Part shown: piece after piece, positions 53,197 to 64,000 of the stretch
How positions within the stretch are numbered: the stretch's first letter is position 1
Layout of the letters: every line of letters starts with the position of its first letter
NCBI RefSeq assembly: GCF_009914755.1
Contig: NC_060928.1
Reading direction: 5' to 3' (one strand)
Length of the DNA: 64,000 nt
Source of the DNA: the human T2T-CHM13v2.0 reference genome, Homo sapiens
Notes under the pieces: generated by a model
What the model saw: only the letters and a program-made list of their open reading frames with translations
The model's database searches: none
What the model was told of the DNA's origin: nothing
Position numbers and translations under genes: made by a program

Positions 53197-55507
53197 TGTA
53201 TTAGTCTGTTCTCACACTGCTAATAAAGACATACCCAAGACTGGCTAATTTATAAGGAAAGAGGTTTAATTGACTCACAATTACACATGGCTGGGGAGGC
53301 CTCACAATCATGGCTGAAGGCGAATGAGGAGCAAAGTCATGTCTTACATGGTGGCAGGCAAAAGAGTTTGTGCAGGGGAACTCCCCTTTATAAAACCATC
53401 AGATTTTGTGAGACTTATTCACTATCATGAGAATAGCATGGGAAAAACCTGCCCCCCATGATTCAATTACCTCCCACTGGGTCCCTCCCTTAACATGTGG
53501 AAATTACAGGAGCTATAATTCAAGATGAGATTTGAGTGGGGACACAGCCAAACAATATCATTTTGCCCTGGACCCTCCCAAATCTCATGTCCTCATATTT
53601 CAAAACCAATCATGCCTTTCCAACAGTTCCTCAAAGACTTAACTCATTTCAGCATTAACTCAAAGTCCATAGTCCAAAGTCTCATCTGAGACTAGGCAAG
53701 GCAAGTATCTTCTGCCTATAAGCCTATAAAATCAAAAGTAAGTATTAGTTACTCCCCAGATACAATGGGGGTAAGACACTGGGTAATCCATTCCAAATGG
53801 GAGAAATTAGCCAAAGCAAAGGGCTACATGCCCTATGCAAGTCTGAAATCCAATAGGGCAGTCATTAAACCTTCAAGTTCCAAAGTGATCTCCTTTGACT
53901 CCATGTCTCACATTCAAGTCACACTGGTGCAAGAGGCAGGCTCCCACAGCCTTGGGTAGCTCTGTCCCTGTGGCTTTGCAGGGTACAGCCTCCCTTCCTG
54001 GCTGCTTTCATGGGCTGGCATTGAGTGTCTCTGGGTTTTCCAGGTACACAGTGCAAGCTGTTGGTGAATCTACCATTCTGGGGTCTGGAGGACATTGGCC
54101 CTCTTCTCACAGCTCTGCTAGGCACTGCCACAGTGGAGACTCTGTGTAGGGGCTCCAACCCCACATTTCCCTTCCTCACTGCCCTAGTAGAGTTTCTTGA
54201 TGAGATCCCTGCCCTTGCAGCAAAATTCTGCCTGGACATCCAGGCATTTCCACACATCCTCTAAAATCTAGGTGGAGGGTCCCAAACCTCCATTCTTGAC
54301 TTCTGTGTACCCACAAGTGTAACACCACATGTAACCCACTAAGGTTTGGGACTTGTACCCTCTGAAGCAATGGACTGAGCTATACTTGGCCCCTTTTAGC
54401 CATAGCTGGAGCTGAAACAGCTGGGATGCAGGGCACTATTTTGGAGGCTGCATAAAGCAGGATGGCCCTAAGTCTGGACCATAAAACCATTTTACTCTCC
54501 TAGGCCTCCAGGCCTTTGATGGGAGGGGCTGCCATGAAGCTCTCTGACAGGCCCTGGGGACATTTTCCCCACTGTCTTGCTGATTAGCATTTGGCTCCTC
54601 ATTACTTATGCAAATTTCTGCAGCCAGCTTGAATTTCTTCTCAGAAAATGGGTGTTTTCTTTCCTGTTGCATCATCAGGCTGCAAATTTTTCAAACTTTT
54701 ATGCTCTGTCACCTCTTGAATGCTTTGCCATTTAGAAATTTCTCCTGCCAGATACCCCAAATCACCTCTCTCAAATTCAAAGTTCCACAGATCTCTATGA
54801 AAGGGGCAAAATGCTGCCAGTGTCTTTGCATAGCAAGAGTGAACTTTACTCTAGTTCCCAACAAGTTCCTTATCTCCATCTGAAATCAGCTCAGCCTGAA
54901 TTTTATTATCAATATCACTATCAGTATTTTGGTCAAAGTCATTCAACAAGTTTCAAACTTTCCCACATCTTCTTGTCTTCTGAGCCCTCCAAGTCTCTAA
55001 GAAGCTCCAAATTTTCCCACTTTTTACTATTTTCTTCTAAGCCTTCCAAACTGTTCCAACCTCTGTCTGTTACCCAGTTCCAAAGTCACATCCACATTTT
55101 CAGATATCTTTACAGCAGCATCCCACTCTTGGTACCAATTTACTGTATTAGTATGTTCTCAGGCTGATAATAATGGCATACTGAAGACTGGGTAATTTAC
55201 AAAAGAAAGAAGTTTAATTGGCTCACAGTTCCCCATGGCTGGGGAGGCCTCACAATCATGGCTGAAGTTGAATGAGGAGAAAAGTCATGTCTTACATGGC
55301 AGCAGATAAGATAGTATGTGCAGGGGAACTCACTTTGCTAAAACCCTCAGATCTCAGGAAACTTAGTCATTGTCATGAGAACAGCATGGGAAAAACTCAC
55401 CCCTATGATTCAATGACCTCCCACTGGGTCCCTCCCATGACATGTAGGAATTATGAGAGCTACAATTCAAGATGAGATTTGAGTGGAGACACAACCAAAC
55501 CATGTCA
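53197..55507 (-). mobile_element. Complete THE1 (D-like) provirus: LTR 53197-53560, internal region, LTR 55144-55507
   Basis: two direct LTRs around THE1-int; TSD gttag/gctag. Confidence 0.95.
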
Positions 55508-56475
55508 GCTAGTGTATTTTTTTGATGTAATAATATTATTAATACACTTTTATAAAGAGACTTTTATCTTTCAGAGAGAAATACTGAAATAATAAATGAA
55601 ATAATATATCTAGAATATGTCTCAAAGCAATCTGGAATGAAGAAATGGGGGCATATGAATGAAACAAGAGCCATCATGATTAATAATTGTTGAAAGTTGA
55701 AAATGCATACATAGGATTTTATTATATTATTCCCCCTGCTCTTATATATGTCTGTAATTTTCCTAATAAAAATTTTAAAACCAAACAGAAGAACAGTAGT
55801 GGCCATACTGTCTTTCCATGGAATTTCTCCACATCCTGCTTCCCAAGCTTCTCTTTGAACCCTCTTGCTCCTTAGTGCCAATCTTGCCTCCATTTGCTGG
55901 TCATGTCCTCTTCCTCCAGGTCCCGCAGGTTGATGACTTAGCTGGACAAGCTGTCTGGTTTTAATTTCCATTTTGCCCTTGAATGCTGTCCCTGTTTTTT
56001 TTTTTTTTTCTCCCCAAGAGGCCAGCTTCCAGCTTTATTCCAGGCCTTGCCCCACCCTCAAATACACTAACAGAAGTATCAACCCCATGCTTTCAGAGCC
56101 TATGTTCTTTGTCCCAGGTGCTCACTCAACTGGGTTTGGAAATTGTTCATTTTCTTTCCTTTCCTTCCATGTAGCCAATAGAATATGTCTTGGAGGTATG
56201 ACTTATTTGGGAAGGCAAATAATTTTAAGAAAAGTAAAGAACATAAGGCACTAGGGAAGGCACACATGGTTGGGTAAATTGAAAGTTCCCATCCTACCCC
56301 ATTCCCAACTCTCTGCCATGCCTTCTATCAAAAGTGAAATATAAAGATTGGAAAAGAGGCATTTTGGCATGGTGCCATCTTTTCCAGAGGGGTTGGCAAG
56401 AACTATCCTCAGTTAATACGGGAGGCTTTAAAAAGAGTGTCAGCCCAGGGGAAGATGAATAAATTGTTTGCATGA

Positions 56476-58893
56476 TAGGGTGACTGTATTAGTCCATTTT
56501 CATGCTGCTGATAAAGTCATACCCAGGACTGGGAAGAAAATGAGGTTTAATTGAACTTACAGTTCCACGTGGCTGGGGAGACCTCAGGATCATGGCAGGC
56601 AGTGAAAGGCACATCTTACATGGTGGCAGCAAGAGAAAATGAGGAAGAAGCAAAAGCAGAAACCCCTGATAAACCCATCAGGTCTCATGAGACTTAGTCA
56701 CTATCACGAGAATAGCACAGGAAAAACTGGCCCTCATGATTCAGTTACCTCCACCTGGGCCCCTCCCACAACATGTGGGAATTCTGGGAGATAAAATTCA
56801 AGTTGAGATCTTGGGGGCGGGGGGTGGGACAAAACCAAATCATACCATTTTGTCCCTTGCCACCCCCAAATCTCACGTCCTCACATATCAAAACCAATCA
56901 TGCCTTCCCAACAGCCCCCCAAAGTCTTAACTCATTTCAGCATTAACCCAAAAATCTACAGTCCAAAGTCTCATCTGAGACAAGGCAAGTCCCTTCTGCC
57001 TAGGAGCCTGTAAAATCAAAAGCAAGTTAGTTACTTCCTAGATACAATGGGGGCACAGGTATTGGGTAGATACAGCCATTCCAAATGGGAGAAATTGGCC
57101 AAAACAAAGGGGTTACAGGGTCCATGCAAGTCTGAAATCCAGCAGTGCAGTCGAATTTTAAAGCTCCAAAATGATCTCCTTTGACTCCAGTTCTCACATT
57201 CAGGTCTTGCTGATGTAAGAGGTGGGTTCCCATGGTCGTGGCAGCTCTCCCTCTGTGACTTTGCAGGGTACAAAGCCTCCCTCCTGGCTGCTTTCACAGG
57301 CTTGTGTTGCATGTCTGCGGCTTTTCCAGGTGCACGGTGCGGTGCAAGTTGTCGGTGGATCTACCATTCTGAGGTCTGGAGAACGGTGGCTTTCTTTCCA
57401 CAGCTCCAGTAGGCGGTACCACAGTAAGGACCCTGTTTGGGGGCTCCGACCCCACATTTCCCATCTGCACTGCCCTAGCAAAGGTTTTCCACAAGCGCCC
57501 CACCCCTGCAGCAAACTTTTGCTTGGGCATCCAGGCATTTCCATACATCTTCTGAAATCTAGGCAGAAATTCCCAAACCTCAGTTTTTGACTTCGGTGCC
57601 TCCGCATGCTCAACACCACATGGAAGCTGCCAAGGCTTGGGGCTTCCACCCTCTGAAGCCACAGCCGGAGCTGTACCTTGGTCCCTTTCAGCTACAGTTG
57701 GGATGGCTGGGACACAGGGCACCAAGTCCCTAGGCTGCACATAGCATGGGGACCCTGGGCCCGGCCCACACAATCACTTTTTTCTCCTGGGCTTCTGGGC
57801 CTGTGATGGGAGGGGCTGCCATGAAGATCTCTGACATAGCCTGGAGACATTTTCCTCATGGTCTTGGGGATTAACATTAGGCTCTTTGCTACTTATGCAA
57901 ATTTCTGCAGCTGGCTTGAATTTTTCCTAAAAAAAATGTTTTTTTCTTTTCTACTGCATCATCGGGCTGAAAATTTTCTGAACTTTTATGCTCTGTTTCT
58001 CTTTTAAAATGTAATGCCTTTAACAGCACCCAAGTCACCTTTTGAATGCTTTGCTGCTTAGAAATTTTTTCTGCCAGATACCCTAAATCATCTCTCTCAT
58101 CTTCAAAGTTCCACAAATCTCTTAAGGTTGGGGCAAAATGCTGCCAATCTCTTTGCTAAAACATAACAAGAGTCACTTTTGCTCCTGTTCCCAACAAGTG
58201 CCTCATCTCCATCTGAGACCACCTCAGCCTGGACCTTATTGTTCATATCACTATCGGCATTTTGGGCAAAGCGATTCAACAAGTCTCTAGGAGGTTCCAA
58301 AATTTCCCATATTTTCCTGTCTTCTTCTGAGCCCTCCAAACTATTCCAACCTCTGCCTGTCACCCAGCTCCAAAGTTGCTTCCACATCTTCAGGTATATT
58401 TTCAGCAATGGCCCACTCTACTGGTACCAATTTACTGTATTAGTCCATTTTCATGCTGCTGATAAAGACATACCCGAGACTGGGAAGAAAAAGAGGTTTA
58501 ATTGGACTTACAGTTTCACATGTCTGGGGAGGCCTCAGAATCATGATGGGAGGCAAAAGACACTTCTTACTTGGTGGCAGCAAGAGAAAATGAGGAAGAA
58601 GCAAAAGCAGAAACCCCTGATAAACCCATCAGATCTCATGAGACTTAGTCACTATCACAAGAAGATTACAGGAAAGACCAGCCCCCATGATTCCATTACC
58701 TCCCCCTGGGTCCCTCCCACAACACATGGGAATTCTGGGAGATACAATTTGAGATTTGTGTCGGGACACAGCTAAACCATATCAGTGACCAACCATCCCT
58801 GTTTGCCCCGAAGTGAGGCTCATCTCAAGACACTGGATTTCCAGCTAAAAACAGACAAGTACCAGGCAAGCCTGGACAGATTGATCACACAAT
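56476..58893 (+). mobile_element. MER94 (hAT-Blackjack) split by a THE1
   Basis: tagggtgac|caaccatccctgtttgcccc...gctaaaaacagacaagtaccaggcaagcctggacagattgatcac. Confidence 0.7.
56485..58784 (-). mobile_element. Complete THE1 (A/B-like) provirus: LTR 56485-56847, internal region, LTR 58436-58784
   Basis: two direct LTRs around THE1-int; perfect TSD GTGAC (56480-56484, 58785-58789). Confidence 0.95.
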
Positions 58894-61339
58894 AGTAAAA
58901 CCAAGGATATATTTCTTAAAAAGATATCGGTCAAGTCATGTGGGTAGATAATTTCTTTTATCATTGGAGATGAGTCTGTTTACTTTAGGATAAAATTAAT
59001 AATTCTTGTGATACAGCATGTTTGTTCTGGAGTAATTGCCTAGAGACAGACAAAGCTGGTTGGGAGATGGATATAGATTTAGAACACTCATTCTCTTTTT
59101 CCAACTCATAAGACCATCTTCCATGGTTCTCTACTTTAAAACTAACAGAAATCCAGGCAATGAAAATCTCCAATAACACTTTGCTGAAGGCTTATAGTTT
59201 GAAATAACAATGTCAATATTAAACTGAAAATATAATTACTGAAAAGAGTTTACAATTCCTTTCCAGTTGCTATTTTTGTTCTTAGAGGGATGTACTGTAA
59301 AATTACTGTGCTCCGGAAGTCAATGGAAATAATTCTTTTCTCTGAGTGGTTAAGCACTAACTCTAAACACAATTAGCTTCACTTGCTTCATTTTGCTTTT
59401 GATAGTTAGGATTTCTCATTTCAAAAATTCAAGAACTTTAAAAAATTTGATCCTTGCCTAAGAGAATGACAGTGGGGGTTGGGAAACTGTTAGCTTGGCC
59501 AGGAGGTAACTTTGACTCCTTTGTTCTTTCACCCTAAAGCTCCACCCTTTAGCATAGAGGTTAATTTTGTGTTTGTAAAATGGATAGCAGATTGTTTTTC
59601 CTTTCCATAGAAACAGCATAAGTGGGAAACATTTGAGCTCTTCAAATGGGACTTACGTCTTATCAGGAATACATAAAATATATAGGTTCTGTGGAATGGC
59701 TTCAGGAGACTGTCAGGCTGTATCCCACACCATGTCAATGCAATGTGAATTTTTCTAGCTAGAGTGTCCATAACTTTCACCAGATTCCAAAGGAAACTTG
59801 AATCCAAAAACAAAGATTGGAACCAATGTCTTAGAATGGTGAAGGACAAAAGGAGAATCAACAGAAGTGCCTTGCACCAAATGACAGAGGAATAAACACT
59901 CTTGACACATTTCATTGTATTGATTCTGAGGTCTAGAATTTTTAACATCACAAATTGGAGTGAATCTTGTAACTGATATAATCCTAGGTCAGATGAAGTA
60001 TAGTAATCCTTTGTAGATTTTGTTGACTTTATTTTATAATTCTGCACTTCTTAGTAAGAAAGCCTAGTTGTCACAAATGAGACATCAAAATACTGTCAAA
60101 AGAGCTTTGGCTTCGGAGCCAGGGGACTTAGAATTCCTGGCCCTGCCGCTTTTGAGCTGAGTGAGCTTTAGTAAATGATTTCCTCTTTCCAGGCCTTTCT
60201 TTCCACATCTACAGACTATGAAGGTGTAATCAGCTGGTGCCTCAGAGTGCCTTTAAGGGCACCTGGGTGGGAAGGGAGTGACAGGTGGGTGAGATTTCAT
60301 AGCTCCCCCAACCTTCTTCAACCTGGAGCAGTTCTGTGTTACCTGTTTTACAAAGCAGACTTGTTTCTAAGGTTGTTTTTTGTTTTGTTTTGTTTTGTTT
60401 TTGAAGAATGATTTCTGTTACTAGGGAAACAGAAAAATTAAAAGACCATCCAACTGGCATTTCCAGTTGTGGGTCTAAAGAGTTTTATGAATGTGTTCCT
60501 GGATTTTTGTACCTTCCTTTTAATGATACCAATTGACTTACCGTTTGAGAGATCTACAGTAGAGTGATAAGAAGCACAGATGTTGGGTAAGATAGACCTA
60601 CCTGGACAGTTATCTTTGCTGTGTGACATTGGGCATATAATTATAACAATGGGAATAATTTTGGTACCTCTTTCAAAAGATTGTTTTGAGACACCAAGAA
60701 GATAGTTCATGGAGAAGGTTCATACAATGCCTAACAAATACGGATCCTCAGTGATCACCAACTGGTGGTAGTATTTCTGTCTCTTGGGTCTAAATGAGGG
60801 GAAGGATCTTTATTCCTCCTCACCAGAGTATCTACATTGGAATTCAAACCCCCTAATTCCATCACATAGAAAATCTTTCAGATCCTTGGACCCATAATCA
60901 ACCCTTAAGAGACATTTGCTGCTGCAGATGACCTTAGCATGCTGGAGAGATCATTATGCATATAGCAAACACTTTCAGACAGGCAGGAGACCTAAGATAA
61001 AGGCAGAATGAGGTTTAATTTAAGAAATGTTCATTGTGGCCTTAATGAGAGCACACAGGTGTTAAGATGTGGTCTCTGCCATTTAGGAGCTGGCAGACCA
61101 ACTAGGTACTTAGGTGACCCAGCAGTAAACGATATGCCAGGAGCTCACAGCAGGACTGAGTGACCCCTACTTGCAGGTCTGAGGGTAATTGGAGGAAATG
61201 ATGTTTAAATCAAACTTTGCGGGAAGAGGAGAATGATCACAGGTGAAACAGTGAAAGGGAGGAGGCCATCTTAGTCAGGGAAAGGCAAAAACCAGGAGTC
61301 CCCTACAAAATAACAATAAATAAAATAAAGGAGTGATTA

Positions 61340-61530
61340 AGCAAAATCATAGTTAACATTGCTTCTTAACTGCTAGGTACTTATAAAACACTTTATACGC
61401 ATTATTACTTGTAGTTCATGTAGTCCTTAACCAACTCTGCAAGATAAATTTTATTATTATATTATCCCCATTCTACAGATGAGGAAAAGGAAGCACAGAG
61501 AATGAAGTATCTTGCCCAAAACCGAACTGG
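61340..61530 (-). mobile_element. MIR
   Basis: attatccccattctacagatgaggaaaaggaagcacagaga. Confidence 0.8.
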
Positions 61531-61599
61531 GGCCAGTTTATGGATAGAGAGGAGCACTATGCCTCCCACCAGTCAGGGAAAGAATGCTGGTTCTTCCTA

Positions 61600-61830
61600 A
61601 TAGGTTAGAGTTACTTGACTGCAGAAGTATCAACATTTTAGGCTGGATAATTCTTTGTTCTGCAGGGCTATTCTGTGCATTATGGGACTGTTAGCAGCAT
61701 CACTGGCCTCTACCCACGAGACGCCAGTAACACTTCCTTCCCTGTTTGTGACAAACAAACACGTTTCCAGACATTTCTTAATGTCCCTGGGGTTGGGGGC
61801 AGAGTGACCCCAGCTGGGAACCACCATTGC
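61600..61830 (+). mobile_element. MER20 (hAT-Charlie)
   Basis: acattttaggctggataattctttgtt...gcagcatcactggcctctacccac...aatgtccctgggg...gggaaccac. Confidence 0.85.
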
Positions 61831-62552
61831 AGGCAGGCTTATGCTAGGCACTGGCTTGTTGCTCTGCATGAGCAGAGCTGAAGCCAGGAGAAATTCTCTC
61901 TGCTGTGCACAAAATTGTCTCCAGCAAACTTTCGGCTTTAAAGTTGTTCATTTCAGCAGCTGGGGTCTTGATTTTCCCAAGGTGACTCATACAGATACAG
62001 TCTGTGGGAGTCAGTCGGTTATCTGTTCTGACAAGGCCCCTTGTGTGTTTGAAGGAGGTGTGGCCTCCAAACCATCAAAGCATGCCGGGTGCACAATTAC
62101 ATCTCCGCATTGTGCTTGCCAGGGCATGACAATTGGAACACTGTGATCCAAGGCTTGTTTTGTTCTGACCAGCATCAGAAGTTCAGAACGTTAGCTTGAG
62201 TAGCAAAATTGATTATATATTCTATTTGCTACAAGCCTACCAGCTAGTGCATCGATTCACCCTTTCATTTTCAGAGTCCACCTCTACAGACAACACTTAT
62301 GTAACATTCTGAAAGGCGTTTTCCATGGTGATTAAGCTTTGCAGAGTAGGTTTGAGTGGTTTATCTGCATTACCAGTATCTCTTTCTTGGGACTTTGGAA
62401 GAGACACCCTGGGTAGGCCCAGCAGGTGGAGTTTTTGGGGTTGGGGCTGGACTACAGGAGAAGGAGAAAGCAGGGAGGAACAGTGTGGAAGGAAAAAACT
62501 GAAACTCAGAGGAACAGGGTAAAGATTTTTCTCCGTAAAAGTACCAAAAGCA

Positions 62553-62861
<309 letters not shown>

Positions 62862-63431
62862 CTAAAACCAGAGACTGAGCCACACTCTTGGATAGGGGAA
62901 ATGAGAGCATGGGGAAGGAATCAGAGGTGGTTGAGCAGAAGAGTCACTGCCTGTAGAGACATTTGTTAGACAAACATTTAATGAGCACTAGCTATGAGCC
63001 AGACACGGGGCTGTGCAGCCTCAGAACAAATCCATGCAACAGTTTCTACCATTCTGGAAATGGAGGTAGAGAGCGGTTGAGTTACCTGTTCAAAGTCATT
63101 TGGCTGGAATGTAGATGGGCCAAGGTAAGGATTCAGGCCTGTCTGACCCCAGAACTCAGGATTTGAACCACTGAGGTATGTACCACTCTGAACAGGGCAC
63201 ACCTCGGGGTGGAGTCTGGGAGATCTGACCCAATTTAAGGGATAAGGAACAAGGAGGAACATAATATTATTTCAACCATCCTCCCAGGGGCAGAGGCAGG
63301 GGAGAAGGAAAAGAGGTCCCTGTGTACAACTACTGGAGCTGAGAGAGGGATATTGGTTTACATACCTCCTGAAGAAGACACAGGTAGGATCCTGAATGCT
63401 GAATCCTTGTCCCATTGCCTACCATGGAGGC

Positions 63432-63882
63432 TGTATTCATTTGCTTTGGCTGTTGTAGCAAAGTACCACACACTGCAGGGCTTATACAACATACACAGAT
63501 TTTCTGTCTGTTCTGGAGATTGGAAGTCGAGAATCAAGGTGTCAGCAGCGTTAGTTCCTTTTGAGGGCTGTGAGAATCTGTTCCAGATTCCTCTCTTAGC
63601 TACTGGTAGTTTTCTGGCAATCTTTGGCATTTCTTGGCTTATAGATGCATCATCCTTATCTCCGCCTTCATCCTCACATGCATTCTCCCTGTGTGCACCT
63701 CCGTCACTGTCTAACTTTTCACTTTTTATAAGGACACCAATCATGTTGGATTTGGGTACACCCTAATGATCTCATTGTAGCTTCATCATCGGTAAAACCC
63801 TATTTCCAAATCAGGTCACATTCACAGGCACTGGGGGTTAGGGCATCAATATTTTTGAGGGGGACATAATTGAATCCACACA
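63432..63882 (-). mobile_element. MLT1C-like MaLR solo LTR
   Basis: tgtattcatttgct...gcaaagtaccacacactg...ccaaatcaggtcacattcacagg...ggggacataattgaatccacaca. Confidence 0.88.
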
Positions 63883-64000
63883 GGGAACATCCCAGTAAAA
63901 CACACAATCGTTACTAGTTTGGCCTTTGGTCCCAAAACATTTTTGTGAGATGAGTTGGGCCGTTTGAGATTGATGAGGCAGCTGTGCCCCTTGAAGGTAA

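Noticed and set aside
56736-58775. ORFs of 120-198 aa
   Set aside because: All lie within THE1 internal or LTR sequence and show no recognisable intact protein
59529-60047. 172-aa ORF
   Set aside because: Non-ATG start, no recognisable domain, and partial overlap with a degenerate hAT/MER-like stretch; likely chance

Overview
This is non-coding hominid (human or great-ape) genomic DNA with no supportable host protein-coding exon. The ORF track consists of L1 ORF1/ORF2 remnants, Alu/SVA/LTR-derived frames and chance ORFs. The window is a layered record of transposon insertions: a full-length L1PA8-like element nested in a THE1 LTR inside an L2, two long L1PB1-like copies, an SVA (D-like), two complete THE1 proviruses, MLT2A/MLT1/LTR16/LTR33 LTRs, several Alus, MER DNA transposons and many MIR/L2 relics. 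Most long L1, SVA and THE1 copies lie on the minus strand, which suggests an intron of a plus-strand gene. I found no new gene system. The most unusual signals are mechanistic: an inverted 5S rRNA fragment sharing one target-site duplication (TSD) with an L1 3' end, a near-perfect 40-bp-arm hairpin in unique DNA, a tail-less L1PB with a templated repair filler, and a prematurely polyadenylated SVA. Subfamily names come from recalled consensus sequences rather than a database search, and boundaries of old repeats are approximate.
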